DNA of 64,000 nucleotides from an uncultured Planctomycetota bacterium (GTDB taxonomy: Bacteria > Planctomycetota > B143-G9). Under the pieces are notes generated by a model. It saw only the letters and a program-made list of their open reading frames with translations, ran no database searches and was not told where the DNA came from. Shown one piece after another: positions 39,046 through 48,350 of the stretch (the stretch's first letter is position 1; each line of letters begins with the position of its first letter). The DNA lies in NCBI GenBank assembly GCA_964571525.1, contig CAZNBY010000007.1, positions 13,942 to 77,941 of the forward strand, written 5' to 3'. Position numbers and translations under genes: made by a program.

Positions 39046-39609
39046 CTACGCTGAATTCGTTTCTGAAGCGGTTTTTTCACCCCTGAAACCGCGCAATCTA
39101 TAGACCGCATTTATGATGATAACCGCAGCAACCAATATCACAAAATACCAAATCGCCCTTAACGGCCGTGCTTTAGGAATGTGAGATGAGGCGAATTCCT
39201 CAAGATCAGCTTGTGGGCTTGGTGACCGTACGATAAGAAACACCGTGCGTGCAGGGGAATCATTGAACAAACCCACACCATATTCATCTCCGTCCGACTT
39301 GATAATCGCGAGGATTTTGTCCTTCGGCGAGTTTAGGGGTTTGTAGCTTTGTGTCGCGCGCTTAATAGTCTCGACAAATGCCCCAGGCCGGTCGTTGAGT
39401 ATAGACGCCCAGGCCACCTTTGTTTTATCTGAATTAGCGAATGACGAAAATTCATCGGGCTCGATGGATGAAGCAACGCGCAACGCAAATTGAGGGCAGG
39501 GAAGGTCATGTGAACTCCAACCTGCCGGTGGCAGATCAGGCCTTGTCTCCCACTTTGCCGCGCAACAAAGGATCATCTGCAACAAGAGCAGTAGCAGAAC
39601 TGCTCTCAT
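39046..39609 (-). CDS. Hypothetical secreted protein with C-terminal TM anchor
   Basis: Signal peptide MRAVLLLLLLQMILCCAA. C-terminal hydrophobic helix. Confidence 0.45.
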   Translation of the reverse strand: MRAVLLLLLLQMILCCAAKWETRPDLPPAGWSSHDLPCPQFALRVASSIEPDEFSSFANSDKTKVAWASILNDRPGAFVETIKRATQSYKPLNSPKDKILAIIKSDGDEYGVGLFNDSPARTVFLIVRSPSPQADLEEFASSHIPKARPLRAIWYFVILVAAVIIINAVYRLRGFRGEKTASETNSA

Positions 39610-40973
39610 TTCCTCTTACCCTTCATCATGACAAACACAACAAATACTACAACGATCAACAGCAAAACAAGGCCGACTAAGAATGTGTAGTTCACTGGCC
39701 TGACAACCAACTCATCAAGCTTGCTCGAAGCGAGCAACTCAGCATTAAGAAAGGAGTCAATGAACATGGCGAACTGCGTTTCCAGAGTGAGTTTTGGAGC
39801 GGCAACTTCGCATACAAACCAACCAAATGACATCTTTCTCGCAAGCACAAGAAGACTAACTGCAACACCATTATCGTTTTTGCCGAAGCAACGCATAAAT
39901 ATGAACTTTGTCGTTCGCGCCAACATCTCCTCAATGCTCTCGGTGGTCAGGTCTTTTATGCTGCCGAACGCGCGATAATCTGCCTCAAAACTGCTCGGTT
40001 TGCCATCAGCATTCTGAGAGATGATTGGATACAGAATGATGCGTATGTCTTCGGGAGGCGGATAATCTTCCTCGGATGTCTGCACCAGCGCGTATTTCAC
40101 AAAACCGCTGATTCTTGAATCGAAGATGCCTCCATGTTTAGAGTGAAACTCATCAAGAAGATCGTCATCCAACAACTCGAATCCTTTGGGAGGCTCAAAG
40201 CGGACATATTCGCCGGTTTTCGCGTCGGCATAGCTTGGCAGCAAGACGCATAGGACAAACAACACCGCTGATGCAGCGCGCATTTTGAGCCTATACACAA
40301 TCAAAGCGACGAGAATCAATAAGGAAAGCGCCATAACAGAACCTAACATTGCGACGCTCCATTTTAAGGTTGGTTTGCCAGTATAAAGGGTGGTGAGAAA
40401 GGTTTCAACCTGACTGACAAAGGACGTTGACACAGAAGCGGGGTAGATGAATACAAGCTTGTAAGATGCAAGTTCATCGGAAAAAAGATACTGCCTGCAT
40501 TCTGTTGTCATGTCCTTTCCAAGCCAGCCAATCACGCACGCACCAGTCGAGTTTGCGCCCTTTGCCATGCATGAATCCATTGATTTATAGTCTCGCACCG
40601 TTCTCTTAAGCTGTTCTGTCCATTCTTGGCTGAATTGAAGTGCGCTTAAGTCATCGAACGCGCCCAAAGGTTTGCTTATGTGTATGCTGAGTGTGTATAC
40701 TCGGTCTTCTTCGTCGAGCATATAGTAACTACCGGCCTGCAAGCCGCTTTCTGATTCGGCAATTGCATTGCGCAGCGATTTCAGATCGCTGGGAAGGCTG
40801 ATTTGATTGCTTTTCGTGTCTGCAACAAAGCCTTCGGGGATTGTGAACGAAAATCCTGTAAGCGGGTATGAAAATACTTCCGCAAAGGCCTTTGTCGGCA
40901 TTGACGACAAAATGCCCGCGCAAACGACCGCAACGGTTATAATATAGAGGGTCACAGGGTTCTTTATGTGCAT
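39606..40973 (-). CDS. Hypothetical membrane protein with internal tandem duplication (signal peptide-domain-TM twice)
   Basis: Start placed at MHIKNPVTLYIITVAVVCAG (ATG 40973). A second signal-like MRAASAVLFVLCVLLPSYADA sits mid-protein after a TM helix. Final TM at the C-terminus. Confidence 0.5.
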   Translation of the reverse strand: MHIKNPVTLYIITVAVVCAGILSSMPTKAFAEVFSYPLTGFSFTIPEGFVADTKSNQISLPSDLKSLRNAIAESESGLQAGSYYMLDEEDRVYTLSIHISKPLGAFDDLSALQFSQEWTEQLKRTVRDYKSMDSCMAKGANSTGACVIGWLGKDMTTECRQYLFSDELASYKLVFIYPASVSTSFVSQVETFLTTLYTGKPTLKWSVAMLGSVMALSLLILVALIVYRLKMRAASAVLFVLCVLLPSYADAKTGEYVRFEPPKGFELLDDDLLDEFHSKHGGIFDSRISGFVKYALVQTSEEDYPPPEDIRIILYPIISQNADGKPSSFEADYRAFGSIKDLTTESIEEMLARTTKFIFMRCFGKNDNGVAVSLLVLARKMSFGWFVCEVAAPKLTLETQFAMFIDSFLNAELLASSKLDELVVRPVNYTFLVGLVLLLIVVVFVVFVMMKGKRK

Positions 40974-41043
40974 GTGCAGCCTTATGTAAGTGAACATTAT
41001 AGACACTTGTACCTGCACCAATTATACTTGGGTTGAACAGCTT

Positions 41044-41880
41044 ATGAAAGTAATTCTTGCCAAACACTGCGGATTTTGTATGGGAGTGAACCTCGCTATT
41101 GACAAAGCGATGGAGGTGGCGCGTGAAAACGGTCACATTCGCACCGACGGCCCCCTCATCCACAACAAGCAGGTTGTTGAGGATCTTAGACAGTACGGTG
41201 TCGAGGAGCTTAGTAAAGATGAGGATTTGATTGAGGGAGAGACAATACTTCTGCGTGCTCACGGTGTTACCCGCGAGCGAAAGGAGGAACTGCTTGCCCG
41301 TGGGCTTAAGGTTGTTGATGCAACTTGCCCGCATGTAAAAAAGGCACAAGCCATTATTGAACGATACACTGCCGAAGGATATACAGGCATAGTTATTGGT
41401 GATCCTCATCATGCCGAGATTGTCAGCATACTGGGGCACGCTAAGGGTAAATGCCATGTCGTGCAGAACGCAGATGGAGCATCTGCTATCACTTCGAATG
41501 ATGCTCCATTTGTTGTTATTTGTCAGACAACATTCAGCATTTTTGAAATTGACGAGGTGCTTTCGCGCTTGCCAATCAATGAGCAGCGTGACATAGTTGT
41601 TAAGACTGTCTGCAGGGCAACGCAGGACAGGCAGGAAGCCGCAAAAGAGCTTGCCGAGGCGGTGGATGTGGTCTTTGTTGTTGGCGGAAGACACAGTGCT
41701 AACACAAACAGACTTGCTAAGCTTTGTTCGGCTGTAAACCCACGAACATATCACATTGAGACAGCCGATGAGATTACGGCTGAACTGATAACTGATGCAA
41801 GCACCGCTGGTGTCACAGCCGGTGCATCTACCCCCGATTGGATCATCGCGGAGGTTTGCGACAGGCTGGAGAGAATGTAG
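41044..41880 (+). CDS. ispH: 4-hydroxy-3-methylbut-2-enyl diphosphate reductase
   Basis: MKVILAKHCGFCMGVNLAI...HNKQVVEDL plus conserved Cys ligands. Start at ATG 41044 rather than the track start. Confidence 0.85.
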   Translation: MKVILAKHCGFCMGVNLAIDKAMEVARENGHIRTDGPLIHNKQVVEDLRQYGVEELSKDEDLIEGETILLRAHGVTRERKEELLARGLKVVDATCPHVKKAQAIIERYTAEGYTGIVIGDPHHAEIVSILGHAKGKCHVVQNADGASAITSNDAPFVVICQTTFSIFEIDEVLSRLPINEQRDIVVKTVCRATQDRQEAAKELAEAVDVVFVVGGRHSANTNRLAKLCSAVNPRTYHIETADEITAELITDASTAGVTAGASTPDWIIAEVCDRLERM

Positions 41881-42746
41881 TGCAGTGGCGCGGTGGAATA
41901 GACGAAGCTGGATACGGTGCAGTGCTTGGCCCACTTGTTCACGGTGGAGTGGCCGCATCAAGCGATTTTGATTGGAAGTCTTCATTTTCGAAGAATGGTT
42001 TGAAGGTTGATGACTCAAAGAAAGTCTATCGCTCAGGTGAGGGCGTGGCTGATTTGGAGTTAGCTGCATTGTTCGCTGCCCGGCTCGGGGGCTGGGAAGG
42101 GACAAACCTTGAATCTTTGCTCTGTTTTCTCAGCGGTTCAGAATTCTCGTGTACGCATTCGAAAGATATCTGGCTGCCAGCAAACATATCTTTGCCAGTT
42201 TTCTGCAGTAATGTGCCTGACTGCAAACCCGCACAAGGCATGTTCCGACCCTATGCTCGCCTCACTTTTCCGTGTGACTTCAATCTTTTGCTCTCGTTGC
42301 ACAACAAGAGCGGTCTTGCCATGGCGCGACTTTATGGCGTAATGCGCAGGATGATAGTGCAGTTCGGCAACGAAGGCTCGATTGTGGTTGACAAGCAGGG
42401 CGGGCGCAACTGCTATGCACCATATCTCTTCAAGAGATTCAAAGGAAGCATGGTATTGGCATCACAAGAGGGGGCTGCGCAATCTGCTTATCGGATCGGC
42501 GACTTGGAGATTTCGTTTCAGGTCCGCGCAGATTCATCATGCGCCGAAGTCGCATTAGCCTCGATGCTTGCCAAGTACTTGCGTGAGGTTTACATGTATG
42601 CCTATAACTCGTTTTGGCAGCAGAAGCTCAACGGCCTAATGCCGACCGCTGGATATCCCGAAGACGGAAAGCGTTTTTACGCTGCCATCCAACCGATTCT
42701 CGAAAAGAACGGTATAGAACCGAGCGACATACTTCGTTTGAAGTAG
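41880..42746 (+). CDS. Divergent RNase HII-like protein with a long insertion
   Basis: GTG start overlaps the ispH stop (taGTG), with GGAGAG 8 nt upstream. GIDEAGYG...VDDSKKV...RADSSCAEVALASMLAKYLRE parallel the RNase HII motifs DEAGRG, DSK and KAD...SIxAK. Confidence 0.55.
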   Translation: MQWRGGIDEAGYGAVLGPLVHGGVAASSDFDWKSSFSKNGLKVDDSKKVYRSGEGVADLELAALFAARLGGWEGTNLESLLCFLSGSEFSCTHSKDIWLPANISLPVFCSNVPDCKPAQGMFRPYARLTFPCDFNLLLSLHNKSGLAMARLYGVMRRMIVQFGNEGSIVVDKQGGRNCYAPYLFKRFKGSMVLASQEGAAQSAYRIGDLEISFQVRADSSCAEVALASMLAKYLREVYMYAYNSFWQQKLNGLMPTAGYPEDGKRFYAAIQPILEKNGIEPSDILRLK

Positions 42747-42844
42747 ATGCAGCGCTAATGCATGATGATGTGGTAAAATAGAATGTTCGCACGCGCTTGT
42801 TTGCTATTGCGCAGCAGCGAGCTTTAACCGCAAGTGGAGGTAGA

Positions 42845-43054
42845 ATGGAACGAATTAAACTCGAACTTCTTGAAAAAAACGATGAGATCAAACGCCTTAT
42901 TGACCTTCTTCCACAGCTTGAGGAGATGGTCGAGAAGTATAATGCTGGCAAAGAGATGATGATGGCTCGTTCACCCCGTAAAAGCTCAGAGTCAAACTTC
43001 ATTCGTTCATTTAGAAAGGGTGAAGACAAAGACAAGGAGAAAGAGAGCAAGTAG
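42845..43054 (+). CDS. Small charged coiled-coil protein (69 aa)
   Basis: GGAGGTAGA-ATG. MERIKLELLEKNDEIKRLIDLLPQLEEMVEKY... A strong terminator follows. Confidence 0.4.
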   Translation: MERIKLELLEKNDEIKRLIDLLPQLEEMVEKYNAGKEMMMARSPRKSSESNFIRSFRKGEDKDKEKESK

Positions 43055-43104
43055 AGTATTAATAATCTGCTGATAATAGCCTCAGCAGCAAAAGTGGTTG
43101 AAGG

Positions 43105-43146
43105 CACGCCTCTTCATCCCATCTTGAGATGAAGAGGCGTTTTATG
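43105..43146 (+). terminator. Rho-independent terminator, also downstream of the convergent Sel1 gene
   Basis: ACGCCTCTTCATC-ccatcttga-GATGAAGAGGCGT followed by TTTAT. Confidence 0.6.
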
Positions 43147-43151
43147 TCAAC

Positions 43152-46100
43152 TCAATAGCCTAATTCACGCAGCTTGTCTTTTGCCATATTGTCGCCCTGA
43201 TCTGCGGCTTTTCTTAACCACTTCACTGCCTCATTCTGATCAACATATACACCGCGACCATCAAGATACAGTATTCCAAGGTTGTACTGAGCGCGAGCAT
43301 TGCCCGCCTCTGCCGCTTGCTTAATGAGCCTTGCTCCTTCCGAATAGTCAACAGCAACTCCTTTTCCGTCAACATACATCGCACCAAGGTTGTTCATCGC
43401 GAATGTGCTTCCTTGAGCGATTGCCTTCTTATACCATATGACCGCTTGCGAAGCATCTGCCATCGTGCCTTGACCCTTTTCGTAGCAATTGCCAACCCAC
43501 GCCTGAGCGGCAGCATATCCCTTTTCCCCAGACTTTAAAAACCAACGAAAAGCCTCGTGGTAGTTCTGTGTCGTCCCGTTGCCCTCGTAATATAGAAGAG
43601 CAAGGCTATGCATGCTCTGTTCGCTGCCAAGCTCTGCTGCTTTTTTGTACCACTCAAAGGCTTTTGCATAGTTCTGGGTTGTGCCCTTGCCGGTTTCGTA
43701 CATATATGCTACCCAATCCATCGGAATTCCGCGTCCCTTTTCAGCCGCTTTCAAGTACCACTTGAACGACTCGTAGAAGTCCTGAACAACACCAAGTCCA
43801 TTGTAGTACATATACCCCAAAATGTCTTGTGATGCGCCTTCGAAGTCACTTGAATCTCCACCTTCTGCAGCGGACTTGTGTAACCATTTCGCGGCCTCCT
43901 TATAGTCAACTGGCACTCCAAGACCCTTATAGTAGATGTATCCTATCCGGTAGTATGCATTTGCATACTGCTGGTCAGCAGCTTTCAAATACCACTTCAA
44001 TGCTTCAGTATAATCACGAGAAACCGAGAGCCCGTCATAGTAGAAATAACCAATAGAGGCTTGAGCGGCAGCGTTTCCCTGCTCTGCGCTTTTCATGTAC
44101 CATGTGAAGCTCTCGTCAAGGTTCTTTGCAATTCCTGTCCCATCAAACAGGCACTTGGCGTAGTAGTTCATGGCGTATGCGTATCCAAGGTCGGCAGACT
44201 TCTTAAACCATTTCACTGCTTCAGCATAGTTCTGCGCTGTACCTTCGCCATTATAGAGCATGTAAGCGTAATCGTAGTAGGCAGACGAGTTAAAGTTCTC
44301 GCTTGCTATCTTGTACCACTTAACAGCCTCTTGCATGTTCACACTTGTTCCTATACCGGAATAATAGCAGTCTCCCAATGCCTTCATCGCCGTGGAATTG
44401 TAGTTCTCTGACGCCTTCTTATACCAGTTGAAAGCAGCAACATTGTCCTTAGCAACTCCCCATCCATTTTCATAACACAAAGCGACATTGTACTGCCCGC
44501 CAGAATATCCCTGATCTGCTGACTTTTTATACCATTTGAATGCTTCACCAAAGTCCTTTTCAACTCCGTATCCGTTTCTATAGCACAAGCCAAGCATGTT
44601 TTGGCTTTCGCTATCATTTGCTTCTGCAGCGAATCTATACCACTCGAAGGCTTTAGCGTAGTCTTGCTCGATTCCGTCACCGTAATAGTACATATCCGCA
44701 GCTAATCTCTGAGCTTCGACATTGCCATTCTTGCCAGCCCTCTCATACCAATATAGAGCCTGACCTGGGTCTTCGTCAGCACCTTCACCATATAGATACA
44801 TGTCACCGAGCTTTATCTGTGCAGCGACAACATCCTGTTTAGCGGCCATCATGTACCATTTAAAGGCCTCTTTGGCATTCGCTTCCACTCCTTTTCCGGT
44901 TGATAACTGCTCTGCAAGGTAGTATTGCGAAGTTAAGTAGCCGAGCTTGGCGGCCTTTAAGTGATACTCGTAGGCCTTTGTGTAATTCTGCGGCACTCCA
45001 ATACCACTTGCATGGAGTATCCCTAAATTGCTGATGGCTTCTATCGAGCCGAACTGCATCGCTTTTTCGAAATACGAAATCGCCTTTGCAGCATCAACTG
45101 CTACACCGTATCCGTTTGCATAACAGAACCCAAGAGAATTGAGCGCATCTGGATGATTGAGATTTGCGGCCTTTGTGTACAGTTCGATTGCCTTTGCGGT
45201 ATCCTTTGTCGTGCCGTTACCGTAAAGATAGCAATAGCCAAGCCACGCATATCCCTCTATGTATCCCTTATTTGCTGCATCAGAAAACAGGTCAAACGCT
45301 GCTTTATAGTCTATTGCAGCTCCCTTGCCGGTATAATAGCATACTCCAAGTCCCGCGCCGCTGAGAGCGGAACCAGCATCTTTGCCTTGCAGAAAAATAG
45401 CGAAAGCCTGTTCTTCGCTTCGTTCAACTCCCCAACCATTCAAATAGCATAATCCAAGATAGTAATTTGCGTCGCTGCATTTCGCCTCATAGGCAGAATT
45501 GAAAACAGAGAACGCTTGTTCCATGTCGCGCTCCACATGCTGCCCATACAAATAGGATTTACCAAGTTGTACATTGGCAAAGCAATTGCCAATTCGAGCA
45601 TAGTACTTAAGTAGATCGAAGGCTTTCGCAGGTTCCTTTGTAATCAATGCCCAGCAGTTTTCAGCAATCTGCGGCGATGCAGATGCAAGCTTGATTGCCT
45701 CAGCGAGGTTAGAAGTAGCGTCTTCGACACTGCCATAAGATGAGTACTTGGACTTTGCAGCGGTCTCTAATTCGGTAATGCTGTTCTTCCACTCGACAGG
45801 GTCGAATCCGGCCTTTGTCTTTTTGAAGCTCTCTATCGCGTTCGAGACTGTTTTCACATAATCTTCAAACAGAGCCTTATCAGATACAGCAGACCGCTTT
45901 ATCTCGCTGAACTGGTCAAAGAAGTCGGATGCTTCGGGGATAGAAAGGGCGTTGTCAGCGATTGCAACTGCTTCATCAAATGCCTTGCGTCTATCCTCAA
46001 ATGTGCCTTTCGAATTAGCCTTTCCATAAGCAGCTTTGCCTGCAGCAATGCTTGCATTGCATGCCAATTGAAGACCATTTTGTGCATCCTTTTCAAGGCT

Positions 46101-46883
46101 TAAAGCAAGGCTGTTGTTTCCGTAATTTGAATAGGTCGAGACCTTTGCTGCAACTGAAGCCCGAATGGCAAGCGCCCAAGCGTTGACAGTTGCGATTGAG
46201 TTTGCGTTAGCGATTGCGGATTGAAGGTTCCTAATCAAGACAGCATGTTGTTTCGCATACGCATCCGCATCGTTTGCCTCTTTCAGCAGCTTTTGTGCCT
46301 CGGATGAATCACCAATCTTAGCATACATGCACTGTGTCGCTTCCTGTGAGGCTGTGACAGCGTTTGACCATGTTGATTCGGTGATATTTGCTTCATTTTT
46401 GGCAGCTTCGATAGCGATTTTCGCGATAGCGAGTTTCTTTGTGTACTGACCCTTCGATACAAAGTACCCACCAACGAGCAAGCCACACAATGCGACAACG
46501 ATCACTAATACCACTATCAACCAGAGCTTTGACCCTTTGCGCTCTGTATGCGAATGATGGTCTGCATATCCTTCTTGGGGTTGATAGCGGGGTTCTTTGA
46601 GGATTCGAGACTCTTCTTGCTGAAGACGACTGTTTGCATCGAAATGCTGTGATTGTGCCGATGCTCGGGTGGATTCACTTGACAATATAGTCTGTGCGGC
46701 ATTGTGAGCTGATACAAGGTCATCCCAAGTGATGAGTCCAAGCTCGAAAAGCACCTCTGGCACAGTCTTGTCTGGGTATTTCTCAGGTTGTATTTGTTGT
46801 GCACGGTCGAGTTGCACTCGCGTGATAATGCCTCTTACGATAAGCACTTCACAGATTCTCTTATTAAGGTCGTTCATGTTCAC
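43152..46883 (-). CDS. MshEN/T2SSE_N-domain + TM + about 25 Sel1 repeats (1243 aa)
   Basis: N-terminal RICEVLIVRGIITRVQLDRAQQIQ fits the 24-residue MshEN c-di-GMP-binding motif RLGxxLLxxGLLxxxxLxxxLxxQ, and a second degenerate copy follows. TM LWLIVVLVIVVALCGLLVGGYFV. Then repeated ...GxGVxxDxxxAxxWYxKAAxQG... units. Confidence 0.8.
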   Translation of the reverse strand: MNMNDLNKRICEVLIVRGIITRVQLDRAQQIQPEKYPDKTVPEVLFELGLITWDDLVSAHNAAQTILSSESTRASAQSQHFDANSRLQQEESRILKEPRYQPQEGYADHHSHTERKGSKLWLIVVLVIVVALCGLLVGGYFVSKGQYTKKLAIAKIAIEAAKNEANITESTWSNAVTASQEATQCMYAKIGDSSEAQKLLKEANDADAYAKQHAVLIRNLQSAIANANSIATVNAWALAIRASVAAKVSTYSNYGNNSLALSLEKDAQNGLQLACNASIAAGKAAYGKANSKGTFEDRRKAFDEAVAIADNALSIPEASDFFDQFSEIKRSAVSDKALFEDYVKTVSNAIESFKKTKAGFDPVEWKNSITELETAAKSKYSSYGSVEDATSNLAEAIKLASASPQIAENCWALITKEPAKAFDLLKYYARIGNCFANVQLGKSYLYGQHVERDMEQAFSVFNSAYEAKCSDANYYLGLCYLNGWGVERSEEQAFAIFLQGKDAGSALSGAGLGVCYYTGKGAAIDYKAAFDLFSDAANKGYIEGYAWLGYCYLYGNGTTKDTAKAIELYTKAANLNHPDALNSLGFCYANGYGVAVDAAKAISYFEKAMQFGSIEAISNLGILHASGIGVPQNYTKAYEYHLKAAKLGYLTSQYYLAEQLSTGKGVEANAKEAFKWYMMAAKQDVVAAQIKLGDMYLYGEGADEDPGQALYWYERAGKNGNVEAQRLAADMYYYGDGIEQDYAKAFEWYRFAAEANDSESQNMLGLCYRNGYGVEKDFGEAFKWYKKSADQGYSGGQYNVALCYENGWGVAKDNVAAFNWYKKASENYNSTAMKALGDCYYSGIGTSVNMQEAVKWYKIASENFNSSAYYDYAYMLYNGEGTAQNYAEAVKWFKKSADLGYAYAMNYYAKCLFDGTGIAKNLDESFTWYMKSAEQGNAAAQASIGYFYYDGLSVSRDYTEALKWYLKAADQQYANAYYRIGYIYYKGLGVPVDYKEAAKWLHKSAAEGGDSSDFEGASQDILGYMYYNGLGVVQDFYESFKWYLKAAEKGRGIPMDWVAYMYETGKGTTQNYAKAFEWYKKAAELGSEQSMHSLALLYYEGNGTTQNYHEAFRWFLKSGEKGYAAAQAWVGNCYEKGQGTMADASQAVIWYKKAIAQGSTFAMNNLGAMYVDGKGVAVDYSEGARLIKQAAEAGNARAQYNLGILYLDGRGVYVDQNEAVKWLRKAADQGDNMAKDKLRELGY

Positions 46884-47093
46884 CTCCGAACGGAGAGTCT
46901 TGTATCTTTAAGGACTTGACACCTGCAGTGCGAAAGGTGTTTCGCGGAAGAAATTGGCAGGAAAGCGGGCATCAAGCCCACAAGAATGGTGGATTTTGTC
47001 AACAATTATACACTATAAATAATCACCTGCAACAAAGCATCAGAATTGCTGAATTGACGGTAGGGCATTTGTTATGGCCGTTCGTCATCGCAT

Positions 47094-47117
47094 AAAAAAG
47101 CCCCCGTTTCCGGGGGC
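47094..47117 (-). terminator. Rho-independent terminator (minus strand)
   Basis: GCCCCCG-GAAA-CGGGGGC followed by T6 on the minus strand. An identical hairpin is at 59890..59907. Confidence 0.55.
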
Positions 47118-47153
47118 ATGTGAGTATGCAATTTCGTGTGCGATCTCCGCAGG

Positions 47154-48332
47154 TTATTTCTTTGGCTTTGCCATCATCTGGTAACAATAACTAAGCGTGC
47201 GAACGCAGTAGGTCGTGACAAGTATCGGGTCCTCCTCCATCCATCGGGCGTTAGTGTTTACCCATGAGCCATCCGGTCTCTGAAGCGATATCACCTTATT
47301 CGCAAGTTCTGACGGCCAGAATCTATCTCCACTTGCAGTCTGAACATGCAATATCTCTCCTGATGCAAGAGCTTTTGCCATCATACGGAAATAATAGTAA
47401 AGACCAGCGTCTCCATTCCCAGCGCTGTCATGCACGGTGTAGTTCTCTGATATCCAACGCATGGCTGCTTTCACGCGAGGATCATCGTTTGGCACTTCAG
47501 TATAGATCATGGAAAGCAGACCCGCATATGTCATCAAACCGTAAGACTTAAAACCATCTGCTCGGGCTGCCTCTCTCGAACCTTCCTTTGGTGGTGACGG
47601 CTTGTACACAAATCCCCCATCGTTCTGCGCCCATTCGAGCTTATTTGTCTCTGAATTATTCTGACATCTTGATACGAATTGGATCGCTGCGATCATCGAG
47701 GGGTGGTCTGCTGGGATGCCAGCTTCCTTCATGGCTTCGATAGACATAACAGTATTAGAAAGATCGGGACGGCTTCCGGAGAAGTAGCCAAACCCACCTT
47801 CATCACTCTCGTTTCCGGTGTTCTTTCTCTGCACTCCAAAGATGTAGTCAATTCCCCTCTGTATCTGAGCCTTATACTTATCACCATCGACCTTTGTCAA
47901 CGCCATGATACTGACAGAGGTGCAGTAGTTGCCAATACCGATTCTGGGGGTATAGAAACCCCCGTCGGGCTGTTGTGTTGCCAAGATAGCGTCAATGGCA
48001 TTCTGAAGCCAAGGGTTATCCTCTGGTTTAAGGTTTTGAGGTGGAGCGAGTGCTGCCTCGACAACAAGCGCAGTGAATGCTGGTTTTGGGTCAAGAATAC
48101 CTTTCGAAAAATGACCGCTCTTCTCTTGATAGACCTTCAAGTACTCCATGCCCTTTCTCAATGAGTCCAAGACAGGGTCCCCCGAAGAAACTACTGCTTC
48201 TGGCGTTCTTGAGGGTTTCGAGTGAGACATCTTTCCGAATAGATGATAGAACACAAAAAGGGAAACAGCGAGTAATAGGATCACAATAAGCGTGTACATA
48301 AGGACTTTTGCGATAATCTTCAGCACTTTCAT
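47154..48332 (-). CDS. Prenyltransferase/squalene-oxidase-repeat (terpenoid-cyclase-like alpha/alpha toroid) protein, membrane-anchored
   Basis: N-terminal TM helix. Repeated QxxDGGF/QRPDGSW motifs (QQPDGGFYTP, QNDGGFVYKP, QRPDGSWVNT) typical of PSRT repeats. Confidence 0.6.
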   Translation of the reverse strand: MKVLKIIAKVLMYTLIVILLLAVSLFVFYHLFGKMSHSKPSRTPEAVVSSGDPVLDSLRKGMEYLKVYQEKSGHFSKGILDPKPAFTALVVEAALAPPQNLKPEDNPWLQNAIDAILATQQPDGGFYTPRIGIGNYCTSVSIMALTKVDGDKYKAQIQRGIDYIFGVQRKNTGNESDEGGFGYFSGSRPDLSNTVMSIEAMKEAGIPADHPSMIAAIQFVSRCQNNSETNKLEWAQNDGGFVYKPSPPKEGSREAARADGFKSYGLMTYAGLLSMIYTEVPNDDPRVKAAMRWISENYTVHDSAGNGDAGLYYYFRMMAKALASGEILHVQTASGDRFWPSELANKVISLQRPDGSWVNTNARWMEEDPILVTTYCVRTLSYCYQMMAKPKK

Positions 48333-48350
48333 TAGACACCTCTTTCTCGA

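Noticed and set aside
43152-46883. DNA-level tandem repeat annotation for the Sel1 array
   Set aside because: Repeats are conserved at protein level but diverged at nucleotide level. They are better described as a repeat protein than as a DNA repeat feature.
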